A stretch of DNA of 64,000 nucleotides from Octopus sinensis (GCF_006345805.1 NC_043010.1:66960001-67024000), one strand, 5' to 3'. Shown: positions 23,034-37,775, counted from the stretch's first letter. Notes: generated by a model from the sequence alone, not told the origin. Numbers and translations are program-made.

Positions 23034-24899
23034 AAATTCATTTTTTAAATGTCTTGCTTTGAAAAACTGCATTTGGGTATGATTAGTATAATTTTGGTAG
23101 TAATGACTTTGTCCCTCCTAGTGTGAGGCATTTATGTGTAATAATGCCCTCTATACAATATAGATATAATAATTTGTTCAAAAGAAAAAAATTATTTTCG
23201 AATTCTTTTCTTTTATGAGGTTTTCACGCTAGCTACCCGATAATTTCTTGTTAAGATCCCTTATTAAGAGATTATCCTTAATTGTTAAACTTATATATAT
23301 ATATATATATATAAAGTTAATTCAAACATGAAAACACAAAGAGAAAACAACAACGCGAGGACGTGGAACAAATATAGTATTATTGGGCGCTCAGGAAGGA
23401 AGGGAAGAAGGAGGGTTTAATGTTTCGAGCGGAGCTCTTCGTCGGAAACATAGGAGAAGGAAAGATCCAGAGAAGGGAAGACAAAGGGAAAAAAATCGCC
23501 AACGGTACACACGCGGTCACATTTTGGTGTGTGTGTGTGTGTATATATATATAAATATACATATATACGACATGCTTCTTTTCAGTTTCCGTCTACCAAA
23601 TCCACTCACAAGGTGTCACGCAGTGGGACTGAACCTGGAACCATGTGGTTGGTAAGCAAGCTACTTACCACACAGCCACTCCTGCGCCTATTAACGGCAC
23701 AGTCTGCTTGTGAAATTAACTTGCAAGTGACTGAGCAATCCACAGACACGTGTACCCTTAACGTACTTCTCGAGGAGAAATACAAGTACAACAGAAATAG
23801 GAAGAAAGAGTGAGAGAAAGTTGTTTGCCACCACGCCCTGCCGGAGCCTCGTGGAGCTTTAGGTGCTTTCGCTCAATAAACACTCACAACGCCTGGCCTG
23901 GGAATCGAAACCGCGATCCTACGACCCCGCGTCCGTTGCCCTCACCACTGGGCCATTGCGTTTAAATATATAGAAAAACAAAAGACGAACACAGGTGTAT
24001 GAACAACAAGCAAGTGCATTAGTTTGACGCTCGGGAAAAATGAAAAAAGTCTTTTACGTTTCGAGCCTACGCTCTTCAACAGAAAGGAATAAGAGAAAAT
24101 AAATAAATAAAAGAACTTGTAGATTTCAGCGGTCCAACATGGCGAATATGTGTGTGTGTGTGTGTGTATGTGTGTGTGTATGTGTGTGTATGTGTGTGTG
24201 TGTGTGTGTCTTCGTGTATGTGTTTGTCCCCGCTCCACTATCGCTTAATAACCGATGTTGGCGTGTTTACGCCCCCCACCCCTCGTAACATTAGCGGTTC
24301 GGCAAAAGAAAACCGACAGAACAAGTATTAGGCTTGCAAAGAATAAGTCCCCCGGAATTGATTTCTTCGACTAGAAACCCTTTAAGGCGATGCTCCAGCA
24401 TTGCCGCCGCAGTCATACGACTGAAACAGTAATAAAAGAACAAAAACAAACAAATGAATATATGCAGACGTAACGAACCTAATACACGAAACACATAAAT
24501 GCTTAAAGCAGACGACATCTATAAAACCACCTCTCCTCTTCTCAACATCTATAAAACTATTAATTTCTATGAAGTCTATATTTATTGGCTGTAGCTATTA
24601 AGATGGTATCTCCATCCAACTACCTACTTTGCCGGAGAAGCAACTTAATACCATGTAAACTGTTGAAAGCTTGTAAAAACGCCGCCAGTCTATTGTAAGG
24701 TTTACCTTTCAATAACAAATTACTACATATTTATGTTGTCTTCTGGAATCTCTGTTCGTCTATCTATCTGTCTGTCTGTCTCTCTCTCTCTTTGCCTCTG
24801 GATTACATGAAATTTTAACGCAACGGTGGGCGAGTCTTGCTGGCGTTGTTTTTGTTTTCCTTGTTTTTACCGCTGTTTTGTTGATTTTGGTCTTGCTGA

Positions 24900-25098
24900 T
24901 TCTGTTATTGCTGTTGTTGTTGTTGTTGTTGCTGTCTTCTTCTTCTTCTTCTTCTCTTCTTCTTCTTCTTCTTCTTCTTCTTCTTCTTCTTTCTTCTTCT
25001 TCTTCTTCTTCTTTCTTCTTCTTCTTCTTCTTTTCCCCCTCCTTCTTCTTCTTCTTCTTCTCCACTCCTCCTCCTCCTCCTCCTCCTCCTCCTCCTTC
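24900..25098. repeat. (GTT)n-(TTC)n-(TCC)n compound trinucleotide tract
   Basis: Direct reading. Confidence 0.95.
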
Positions 25099-26532
25099 TT
25101 ATCAGGACTCACGCCATTAGCCACAAAGAATAATCTCTAATTCGAGCCTACTCTAAGCTACTAAAAATGCGTGTGGCAACTTGAAGATGTACCCACCACA
25201 CGCGATAGACTGGCGGTTGCACGGGCGCGAAAGCTACGTTGTTATCCTCATTCCATAAACGGTGGTTCTTAACGGGTGGAGAGCTGAACCATCCTGGGGT
25301 ACAGAAGATTCGCAATCTGGACTAGGGTCTGAAAGTTTTACCACACCGTAGTGGGTTACACCATGGTTCCTCTGTTTTGTGACAGAAGTAGGAAGAAAGA
25401 GTGAGAGAAAGTTGTGGTGAAAGAGTACAGCGGGGTTCATCCCCCTCCCCGGAACTTAGATGTTTTTGCTCAATAAACACTCACAATGCCCGGTCTGGAA
25501 ATCGAAACCGCGTTCTTACGACCGCGAGTCCGCTGCCCTAACCACTGAGCCATTGCGCCTCCACTACTGCTGTTGTTGTTGTTATTGTTGATCTGGTTGT
25601 TGTAGTTTCTGTTGCTCTGTTATGCTTTCTTGTTATTATTGAGATTGCTGCCCCAATGCGTTGAGTTAAAAAAAACCGTTGGCGCGTCGAACAAATTCTC
25701 TTACGGTCTTTCTTTAGCAGCTTCCTATTCTGAGTTGAGTTCATGCCGGGGATCAATTTTGCCTATCTTCCCTCCGAGGTCGATAAAATAATATACCAGT
25801 TATATACTAAGGTCGATAGTATCGACCAATTCCCCTCAAAATGGCGATTGTTACCTGTTACATGTTTCAGTTATTGGACTTCGGCCATGCTGTAGCACAG
25901 CCTCGAAGGCTTTAGTCGAACAAATCGACACCAGTACTAATGTTTAAGTCAGGTACTAATTGTATCGATCTCCCTAGCCGAACGGCTTAGTTACGGGGGC
26001 GTAAACAAACTAACACCATGGTTCCTCTGCTTTGTGGCAGAAGTAGGAAGAAAGAGTGAGAAAGTTTTGATGAAAGAGTACAGTGGGATTCATCCCCCCC
26101 CACCCGCAGGAGCCTCGTGGAGCTTAGCTGTTTTTGCTCAATGCCCGGTCTGAGAATCGAAACCGCGTTCTTATGACCGCGAGTCCGCTGCCCTAACCAC
26201 TGGGCCATTGCGCCTCCACCCGTTGTTGTTGTTGTTGTTGTTACTGCTGCTCCTGCTGTTACTCTTGTTATTTCCTCCGCTGTTTTAACCCCAGGTCAGT
26301 TTCAGTCGAGCACCTAGCTCCACGGATTCCTTGCTCTCCACTCCTCTGTATACACAATGCCTCCTCCCAGTTGATGCTTACGTTGTGAACATCCGACATA
26401 CAATACTTCATCGTATGGAATGCCGGGTGGATGTCTGGGTATGTTATTACTATTCAAACTGTGCATCCCACACAGAATTTTGTAATTAAGGACGGCTGCC
26501 GTTATTTGTGTGTGTTAGCGTGTGCGTATGTG

Positions 26533-26583
<51 letters not shown>

Positions 26584-26693
26584 TGTATTCGTATTTGCGT
26601 ATGTATTCTACTTTCTATACATACATACATATTTATGTATATATATATATATATATAGATAAGAAAGTTGGTTTGTGAAAGCACGTGGTTGAA

Positions 26694-27093
<400 letters not shown>

Positions 27094-27167
27094 ATATATA
27101 TGCACACACATTTATATATGTATGTATGTATGTAGTATGTATGTATGTATGTATGTATGTATGTATG

Positions 27168-27218
<51 letters not shown>

Positions 27219-27809
27219 AATTTATATATATGCAATGCATACACATACGTATATTTATCCTTTATTTGCAATTGAAGCAGTATTCGATTAAAATAGCCAT
27301 CTATATACTATACTTAATGTGAATACATCGTTGAAACATAAGTTTACTGTGGTATTTGTCCGGAGATAACAATTCTTATTTGACGTGCTCTGTTCAAAAA
27401 ACACAATATATATCGGTGGCAGACGAAAACCATCTCACCATCAACTAGATGCATTTCCACTGGGCGACTACACGCAGTACCTAGTGAATGTTTTTCATTG
27501 ACTTTTCTATATATCCGAGGCGACAAATCTCATCTAAGCAAATCATTCGCTGTAAGTACACACCATTGACGATGCCCAACGTAGCCTAAATGCATCTACG
27601 TGTGTGTTCATGTGCAGTTCTTTTTCAGTTCTGTCTTCTATGAATAACTACAGCAAGCAATGCTTTGTGCGTTTGTCTTTTGTGTCTATGGTATAGCTAT
27701 GGTGCTGAATGGTATCTGTTAGTCTGATAATCTATGGTGTTATTGTTTGCTGGTTCATTTTATAGGTGCTAGTTTTAGTCTTACGGAAATGTACTTGCAT
27801 AGCAAGGGA

Positions 27810-28330
27810 CCTGATCTGAGATCGTGTGCTGAAACAAAAACAATTGCAGCGTGGAAGGTGTTTATAAGCTATTTAGAAATACACAAAAACCGTTAGATTC
27901 ACTTCAACATTTAAATCTAATTCGTGTCAAAATATTTTCGTCGTCTTGAGACTGCGCGGCCTCTTCACTGACAAAATTCCGTGCTCGTCGCCTTGAGACC
28001 GCGACCTGTTCACTGACAAGATTCCGCGCTCTTCGCCTTGAGACCGCGGCCTCTTCACTGACAAAATTCCGTGCTCGTCGCCTTGAGACCGCGACCTGTT
28101 CACTGACAAGATTCCGTGCTCGTCGCCTTGAGACCGCGACCTGTTCACTGACAAGATTCCGCACTGCATCACGGAATTTTGTCAGTGATCAGGTCGCGGT
28201 CTCAAATCGACAAAAATATTTTCGCAAATTAAATTTAAATGTGAATCTATCGGTTTTTGTGTGCTTTTAAATGGCTTATAAACACCTTCCACGCTGCAAT
28301 TGTTTCAGTCTGTTTGGTCGGAACTAGGTC
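27810..28330. mobile_element. Foldback-like element: long TIRs enclosing a 45-bp CpG-rich tandem array plus one inverted unit
   Basis: ctgaaac...aattgcagcgtggaaggtgtttataagc is mirrored at 28265-28307; unit ccgtgctcgtcgccttgagaccgcgacctgttcactgacaagatt about 5 times (27935-28165), inverted unit 28172-28205. Confidence 0.8.
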
Positions 28331-28687
28331 TCTAGCTAATGTTGAATTGGATGAGCGTGCAGCTGCGTGTCTTAAGAAGAGTGGGGGAAGAAATAGGAAG
28401 AGGAGGAGAAGGCACTTGTGATGACATTTGCGTATGTTGTTGTTGTTGTTGTGTTGTGGTTGTGGTGAACAGATTAAGAGGAGTGGTGCAGATAGCTTTT
28501 CACGCAGGGGGAACATTCCAAGAGAATATTTCCTCATTGTAACGAAAGTGAAGAACTGAAATACTTTTGGTAAAGAGATACGTAAGCAGATATACAGCTG
28601 AGTAGATAGACAGATACTCGGGTGGAGAGATAGATAGAAAGATAGACAGACAAATAGAAAGATAGACAGACAGACAGACAGATAGTT

Positions 28688-28731
<44 letters not shown>

Positions 28732-28931
28732 CATATAAATACATATATGCATAACAAATGTTTAATTCTGCATGACGAGCCATCCATCCATCCATTCGTC
28801 CGTCCGTCCGTCCGTCCATCTATCTGTCTGTCTGTTTGTCTTCGAATATGAATATAGCTATGGATGTATGAATATATTTACTTTAACAAGAAAAAGGTTG
28901 ACAGTAACATCTAAGTTTGGACTTAGAATTC

Positions 28932-28934
<3 letters not shown>

Positions 28935-28985
<51 letters not shown>

Positions 28986-29465
28986 TCTCTCTCTCTCACA
29001 AACACACACACTCTCTCTTTCTCTCACATACACAATCTCTCTATCTCACACATACACACTCACTCGCTCTCTATCACACACACACACACACATATACACA
29101 CTCTCTCTCTCTCTCACAAACACACACACTCTCTTTCTCTCTCATACACAAACAATCTCTCTATCACACACACACACATTCTCTCTCTCTCTCTCTCTCT
29201 CACAAACACACACACACACTCTCTTTCTTTCTCATACACACACGCTTTCTCTCTATCACACACACACATTCTCTCTCTCTCTCTCTCTCACAAACACACA
29301 AACACTCTCTTTCTCTCTCATACACACACACTCTCTCTCTATCACACACACACACAAACTCTCTTTCTCTCTCATACACACACACTCTCTTTCTCTCTCA
29401 TACACACACACACTCTCTCTCTATCACACACACGCACACGCACACACATACACACACACACACTT

Positions 29466-29495
<30 letters not shown>
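28935..29495. repeat. (CA)/(CT) compound minisatellite
   Basis: Direct reading. Confidence 0.9.
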
Positions 29496-29496
<1 letters not shown>

Positions 29497-29698
29497 AGTT
29501 GATGAAAATTTAAGACAGTCAAAAAGGTAATGCTCTTAACCTAAAGCTCACTTCCAGAACATTCCTTTCCGTTTAGTAATGGAAGATATTCGTTACCCGT
29601 GGATTACACACGCACGCACACACACACACACACAACACACACACGGCAATCATTCTATGCTTGCATGTTATGTATACGAGGATATATATAATACACAC

Positions 29699-29771
<73 letters not shown>

Positions 29772-30817
29772 GCATTTCTTTATTTGTGAGTTTGTGTGTA
29801 TGTATGGTGTGTTTGTGCATGGGATGTGTGTGTGTGTGTGTGTGTGTGTTTATAAATGTATCTGTGTCTATAGCTTTGTGTTTCAAAGAATGCGATTCCA
29901 TACATGCGAATGTTCTTCTGTCAGCGAATGGATGTACATTCTCGTGTCCAATATGTGTTCAAAAATCTTCTCTTTCACACATATAACTACATATATACAT
30001 CAGCACGTGTGCGACTGAACATTCACTACACCCCCTCTCTCTTCTCTTTCCCCCTCTCTCTCTTCTCTTCCTCCCTCTCTCTCTCTTCTCCTTCCCCCTC
30101 TCTCTCCTCTCTCTCTTCTCTTCCTCTCTCTCTCTCTCACACACACAAACGTGTACGCATTCTCTTTCTCTTACCCATCCACATGCGCACATACACACAC
30201 ATATATACACACAAACGCAAGTATATATGTGTTCCTACAAGACAGAAACTAGTTCCCAACAAAAAGAAAGAAAAAACGTAAAAATAGAAAAGAAAATGAA
30301 AAACAAAGAAAAGGAAACAAAACAAAACAAAAACAATCAAAGAAATCTCCATTGTTGGAATTTGGATACACAAAAAAGATAAAGGTGAATTTCAGAAAAG
30401 TCTCCCATATTTTAACTCTTACTGAATGTATTTCCAAAATGACTATTAGCTGGTCGCCATCTTTGCTTGAAAAAAATTTATCTTTTGGAGATAACCACCA
30501 TAGAGGGCATTTATAATAATTGATATAATATGTGGCACTTCGTCGGTTACGCCGACAAGGGTTCCAGTTGATCCGATCAACGGAACAGCCTGCTCGTGAA
30601 ATTAACGTGCAAGTGGCTGAGCATTCCACAGACACGTGTACCCTTAACGTAGTTCTCAGGGAGATTCAGCGTGACCACAGAGTGTGAAAAGGCTGACTCT
30701 TTGAAATACAGGTACAGCAGAAACAGGAGGAAAGAATGAAAGAAAGTTGTGGTGAAAGAGTACGACAGGGTTCACCACCACCCCCTGCCGGAACCTCGTG
30801 GAGCTTTAGGTGTTTCG

Positions 30818-30917
30818 NNNNNNNNNNNNNNNNNNNNNNNNNNNNNNNNNNNNNNNNNNNNNNNNNNNNNNNNNNNNNNNNNNNNNNNNNNNNNNNNNNN
30901 NNNNNNNNNNNNNNNNN
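30818..30917. other. Assembly gap (100 N)
   Basis: N run; flanking SINE is truncated at the gap. Confidence 1.
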
Positions 30918-32613
30918 TTTTAAGGGTGAATCATTGTAATAAAAAAAAAAAACACAAATAAGACAGTTAAATAAATTTACAATTTCAATAATAATAATAA
31001 TAAAATAATAATGATAATAATAATAATAATTAATACTAATAAACCACATAAAAAAATAACATTAACGCTAATAAATATTTAAAATTATTTTTATTCTTTA
31101 TTATTAATTAATTCTCTATTTAATGACTGAAATAAGAAGCATTAATTTTTTCCGTGTTTGTGCTTATTTTTATATAATCAAAGAAAAAGTTAGCGTGTGT
31201 GCGGTATTTGTACATATATGTGTTTAAACGTAGCTTGCGCCAGCCAAAACTTACTATGCATAAAATACATATATATATTGTATATATATTATATATATAT
31301 ATATATATATGGACACACAAAGGGTTATAAATTATCATAATCTCAATGAAATAACTAGATTATTCAGACATCTCATTTCTATTCTGTTGTTGTTATGTTT
31401 GGCAAAAATCTAACAAAGACTGAATGAGACTTTCCTTGAAGAGTTACTAATATGGAGAGGTATGCAAAATACATTGATATTGATGCACCGATATACATAC
31501 ACATATACGTACACAAATACAAACAAATACACACAATATGTACATAATGTATACATGTGTACAATTCTTCTGAGAAATATACTAACTCTTCAGTGTCTTA
31601 AGGAAGACCTATGCAATTTTGAATGTTTCGTTACGACTGTCATATATTTGTATTAATAGTGACTTAAATAGTCACTTAAGGTGGTGTGCATACATGCATG
31701 CATATATATATACTTGTATGTATAAATCATATAAGTACATACACATACATATAAGTAAATACATACCTAAATGCACATACTGACATGTACACACACAGTT
31801 TTAATAGTGATTTAACTCAACTCCACATGACTTAAAGTTTCATGAACATGCAGAACATGCCCATCTCATCAGATGGTATGAGCATACACCTGTAAAATAT
31901 GAAGCCCTGCAAAGCTGAGTCGAACGATATTAAAAGATATATGTACCAAATGTGTAGAGTGTTATTTTCTTTCATTTGTTATTTTATATATATATGAATC
32001 TATATATATATGTCTATGTGTCTGTATATGTACATACATATGTATGTATATACATACATATATATATATGTATATTATATATATATATATATATATATAC
32101 ATGTGTATATATATATACATATATATATATACATGCATATATATATATATGTATATGATTATATATATATATGTGTATATATAAATATATATGATCTATG
32201 TATATATTATATATGTGTATATTAATATATATAGGAGATGTTATCATATATATATCTATATATGTGTATATATGGTGTGTATATATATTGTGTAATATAT
32301 GTGTGTTATTATGTGTATATAAATATAATATAAATATATATGTAATATATATGTATATATATGTATATATATATAGTGTGTATCTATATATATGTGTGTA
32401 TCGATATATGTGTGTATATATATATGTGTGTATATATATATTGTGTGTATATATATATAGGTGTGTATATATTATATGTGTATTTATATATATTGTATAT
32501 ATATATATATGTATATATATAGTGTATACTATATGTATATATATAATATATGTATAATATATTATATAGTATATATTATATATGTATATATATATATTGT
32601 ATATATATATATT

Positions 32614-32644
<31 letters not shown>

Positions 32645-33222
32645 CGTGTGTATGCAGAAATCTGAGGTACTGTTGCCTAAAAGTGCACTAAGTCAATTCA
32701 TTAAATATTAAAATATTCGAAACTTCTACATACGATTAATAATAGTGACTAAGGAGTTTAATATATCCAAATATTATTCAATTTCTATGAGCATTTAAAA
32801 GCTGCTAGTAATGGTTAAAAATGGAAATAAAATTTGCTTCTAAAAAATATATGTGCGTGTGTAATATATATATACATTATTATATATTTCTATAAACTAT
32901 AATTATCTTGCAACTCTTTACACTTGTTTGAAATATATGCATACACACATATATATATATTTGAACTATACACATGCACACACAAATATATATATCCATC
33001 TGTATAGATGCATATTATATATTCAGTTCTGGGAAATATCTCAGACATGTTCTAGGATGTATCACTGGTGGTATTTTGAGGTCTTTGTAGGTTTCAGGGC
33101 TTTCAATTCAACTGTCGATACCCTTGCTCAGATGATCCAATTATGGTAGATCAAGTACCAGCTTACATCCCAGTGCACCTGTTTGAGATACACATACATA
33201 TGTGTGCATGCGTATGTGTGTA

Positions 33223-33253
<31 letters not shown>

Positions 33254-33625
33254 GTATGTATGTATGTATGTTGTATGTATTATATACTCCTTAAAACCAT
33301 TTCTTGGATTCTCAAGTGTGTAGTCACATTAAATTGCATCCTAAATTTAGTTACCATGTTATGTGATAGCCAGATCCCCAGCTTGAGGGCTTGCCATGAG
33401 TTCTGTTTGACTCTCTAAATCCTTTCTTCTATCATATATATATATATAGAGGTTATAAAAGGTAATGGTGTCATTGAGACCTAAAGGTGTCAGGTAATGC
33501 TGAATAAGTGCTATAGACAGACCATAGTTAAGTTCCATGTTCGGTAATTTTGCGAATAAGGGGTTCAATTTTGGTTATATGTCAGCGTGTGTATATAAGA
33601 ATTTTTTGCGTATTGAGGTAAAAAA

Positions 33626-33676
33626 CCAAGGCTGTGTAGATATTAGAACAATGTTCTAATATCTACACAGCCTTGG
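33626..33676. repeat. Perfect 25-bp-arm palindrome with 1-nt loop
   Basis: ccaaggctgtgtagatattagaaca-a-tgttctaatatctacacagccttgg. Confidence 0.97.
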
Positions 33677-33701
33677 TCTTTTATCTGATTATGCAAAAAA
33701 A

Positions 33702-33745
<44 letters not shown>

Positions 33746-34240
33746 ATCAAATATATAATAGAAGGAAGGATTTTGAGAATATACATGCATAGAAAAGGCA
33801 CTCTGCTGTTGCCATACCAATTTTACTTGTTGACTATATTTCGGATTTACAAATTGGATTGGTGAAGATTTGCTAAAGTACAGATTATGTGGATTTCTGC
33901 GTCCATGACAGGTCAACTTAATTAGCCAGGTTTTTTTCCTTCACAGAAAGCTTATAAAGATTTCCCTCAGATCTTTAATCCCCTTTTTTCATCTGTTTAC
34001 ATATATGTATGTATGTGTATATATAGAAGTGTGTTTACTATTAAGGAATAAGCCTGAAATCCAGTCACTCTAGAAGGTTCCTCATGAAGAGTGTATTGAG
34101 AAAAATACTTTACTACAGTCCATACATAATTTAGTAGTTTTTCTTAACACTTTACACATGTCATTTTAAACTTCCAGCTTTGAACACTTTTCCTTCTCTC
34201 CACATCAAGATAAGAAACAATGTATATGTATATATATATA

Positions 34241-34274
<34 letters not shown>

Positions 34275-34513
34275 AATCTGTAAACAAACGAATTGTATTT
34301 ATTTAAAAAGAAGAAAAAAAAACAAAGAAATGAATAAAATATTAAACAAAGATAATTTTAATCAAAATATTACAAAAATCTTTATTTTCTTTTCTTATTT
34401 TTCTTTTCTTTTGCATTTATTTTGTTTGAACTTTCACCATTATATGCATAAATGTGAAAAACAAGGTGGAAAAAAAGAGTACTCAAATACCAGAGGTAGA
34501 GTAATATGCATAA

Positions 34514-34682
34514 TTTAAAAGCAGCAGAAATATAACAAAAGCTGTTACTCGGAGTTTTACATTCCCGTTCGTCGGACAGTTTTGTTAATTGTCATTTCTG
34601 TTCTATTTTAACAAAACTGTCCGATAAACAGGAACGTGAAACTCTGAGTAACAGCATTTGTTATATTTCTGCTGCTTTTAAA
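34514..34682. repeat. Fold-back palindrome whose arms each carry a degenerate hammerhead
   Basis: Arm consensus ctgt-CCGACGA-acg GGAA cgt-GAAA-ctc y gag-TA-acag (34542-34579 minus; 34617-34654 plus). Confidence 0.75.
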
Positions 34683-34716
34683 TAAAGTATATATATTTAT
34701 AATAAAATATATAGCA

Positions 34717-34760
<44 letters not shown>

Positions 34761-34977
34761 CCTAGTATTATACCATATTGTATTTCTCTGATTGGTTGTG
34801 ATTAGGTGACTTCTTCTGCTGTTATGTAATATGCATTGCATAATATGCTTGACTAAATCATCATTATCATCCATGTCTGTAGGTAAAATGCTTGATTGGT
34901 TGCTTGGTCACTGGGAAGTTGATGAAACAATTGTAAAACATGGAGTAAATTAAATGCCTTAGACTACACTTTTCCCT

Positions 34978-35009
<32 letters not shown>

Positions 35010-35106
35010 ATATTGATAAAAACGGTAAGACAACAAAAGAAAGAAAGAGACCTCAATGTGTAAATAGAGGAATTTATCTGTAAATGTGAAAGTTTTCTGA
35101 TGGCCG

Positions 35107-35167
35107 GATAACTGAAGAGATGGTGGAGTGGATTTCCACCTCAGCATTTGAAACTCGGAGTTTTATC
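35107..35167 (+). ncRNA. Type I hammerhead-like motif with canonical core
   Basis: gataa-CTGAAGA-gatg...gtgga/tccac...catt-t-GAAA-ctc g gag-TT-ttatc; 5-bp helix I; same family as 44319-44614. Confidence 0.65.
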
Positions 35168-35215
35168 ATGACTACCAAATAATTGTCACATATTACATTT
35201 ACATTATACCGCTAC

Positions 35216-35257
<42 letters not shown>

Positions 35258-35706
35258 CACACACACAAACAAACATATAACATAAAAAGGCCAACAAGCA
35301 AAGCAAATGAAGATGGTAAAATGCTTGTCTTCGAGGAAATCTGAAAATTTGCTAAAGTTTACATTAAGTTTTTTCATTCTCTCTCTCTCTGTCTTTCTTT
35401 CTCGCTCTCTCTTTCTCTTTCTCTCTTTCTTTCTCTGTCTCACACACACGCAAGCATAGATACACTCACACATATACACAGTCATTACAAATATAAAATT
35501 TAATTTAAGACCTTAATCATGAAATTAATAAAAAGAGTATATAAAATATTAAATACTCATATGCTCTATTACTATTTTAATCTTTTATTGATTTCAGACA
35601 GTCAACTACAGCCATGCTGGAGCATACAAATATACATATATATATATATATATTCATATCATTGGCAATTTTCTTTCTCCGTCTTCCTTTCTTTGGACTT
35701 TTTCTA

Positions 35707-35742
35707 TATTTCTGATGAAGAGCTCCGCTTGAAACATGAAAT
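35707..35742 (+). ncRNA. Decayed minimal hammerhead motif
   Basis: CTGATGA-a-gagc tcc gctt-GAAAC; related copy on the minus strand at ~23414-23452 reads CCGACGA...gctc-GAAAC. Confidence 0.4.
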
Positions 35743-35907
35743 CCTCTTCCTTTTCTTTCCTTTCCTGAGCGTCCATTAACACTGTACTTATTCCACATCC
35801 TCGCATTGTTTTTTTTTCTTGCTTGTTCATATTTGGATTGACATAGATATATGTATATATAATATATAAATATATATATATATATAAATATATATAATAT
35901 ATATATA

Positions 35908-35941
<34 letters not shown>

Positions 35942-35971
35942 CTATATATATATTATATATAGATATAATAT

Positions 35972-36035
<64 letters not shown>

Positions 36036-36052
36036 ATTTTATATATTATATA

Positions 36053-36096
<44 letters not shown>

Positions 36097-36154
36097 TATA
36101 TTATATATATATATTATATATATATATATATTATATATATATATATATAATATA

Positions 36155-36187
<33 letters not shown>

Positions 36188-36531
36188 TATATATATATGT
36201 ATGCATGCAATTTCAAAGTAAATACTTAGAATTAGCTCAATACCTAATTTCTTCAATTAAGATAAGATTATTTTTGCCTTATTCTCTCAAATTTATTAAG
36301 CTTTTACTTTAATAATAATAATAATAAAAATAATAATAATAAATATTACTAATGATGATAATGATTTGGTGGGGTTTATTATTATTAGTAATAATAATTC
36401 TTCTCAATATCTTCTCAAACAAAACTTTATGAGCAAATTTCTTTCTTAAACTATTTTCATATCTACAGAATTAATCTGCCATTTTATTACCCCATCTGCC
36501 CAACTAACTAAAAGATACAAAAAAATACAGA

Positions 36532-36566
<35 letters not shown>

Positions 36567-36952
36567 TACAAACACTAATCCAACTTTATACCATGAATAA
36601 TTATCCAATTTCTTGCCTGTAGCTTGATTAAAATGTACTTTTCCACATTGTTATCCATCTCATCAGTCTTGGACAGATGGACAGATGGATGGATGGATGG
36701 ATGGACAGACAGATGGCCTTTGAAGTCCATGGTCACTGTTCTGCTTCTTCTTCGCCACTATACAATAAAGAAGTTATATGCTGATATATGTGTACACACA
36801 TACACACACACACACAGGCTCTATTTGTTCATGAATACACACATACACACAGAGACACAGTAATATAGGTTTCTATATTCATATATATATATATATATAT
36901 ACACCACTATATATATATATATATTTGTGTGCATGTGTGTGTATAGATATGC

Positions 36953-36985
<33 letters not shown>

Positions 36986-37095
36986 CATGTAATTATATAT
37001 ACATAGATATATATATATATATATATACACACACATATATACGTATACATAATGCCAGCATGGAAGGTGGGCGTTAAATGATGATAATGATGATG

Positions 37096-37134
<39 letters not shown>

Positions 37135-37728
37135 TGCTGGTTTTTAAGTGAAATTATTATAAAAAAAAGAATATAACCTCAAATTTTGAAGGATCAGCCG
37201 GTACTTTTAGTAGAATACATATTTATTAATCTTTACAAAGGAACGGTTGACAGTGACTTCAAAGTATCAGCTTAGTATCCATTCATGTCTGATGATGATG
37301 ATCAGTAAAGAGAAACTTTAAAGTCTTATCAACCTTCTCCTCGTCAAAATTAATACATATGTGTGTGGTGTGTGTGTGTGTGTGTGTGTATGAGTGTGTA
37401 TGTGTGTGAGTATGTATGTGTGTATGACGGGGAGGTGGAGTAGAAGATAACTTCTGTGACAGGAATCTCCTTCAATAACGTTTGTAGTTATTTTGTATTG
37501 TTTTTCTTTTCTTTTTTCTTTTTTTTTTTTACAAGACTATCATTAATATGTTTCGTTTCTCACAGACAAAAAGAAAATGTTTTGTTATCTAAAATTAAAT
37601 TTCGTTTGTTGTTTGTTGTTTTTATTGATTTTTCTGCCTTGTTTTCCTTTGAAATGCATTTTTTCATTTTAGTTCAAAACTGGAATAACGGTCAAAAGCA
37701 ATTTGCTCCCCACTTGTAAATGCTAGTG

Positions 37729-37775
<47 letters not shown>

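Larger units (their letters stand above)
22377..23292 (+). mobile_element. Tandem dimer (~1.9 x ~480 bp) carrying two hammerhead ribozymes; retrozyme/PLE-terminal-repeat-like
   Basis: Unit 1 22377-22858, unit 2 22859-23292; both outer ends in (TA)n. Confidence 0.75.

Noticed and set aside
27935-28205. 45-bp array as CRISPR, coding repeat or twister ribozyme
   Set aside because: No unique spacers and eukaryotic context; reading frames are open on both strands only through repetition; ggtctcaag resembles a twister loop but P1/P2 and the cleavage motif are missing
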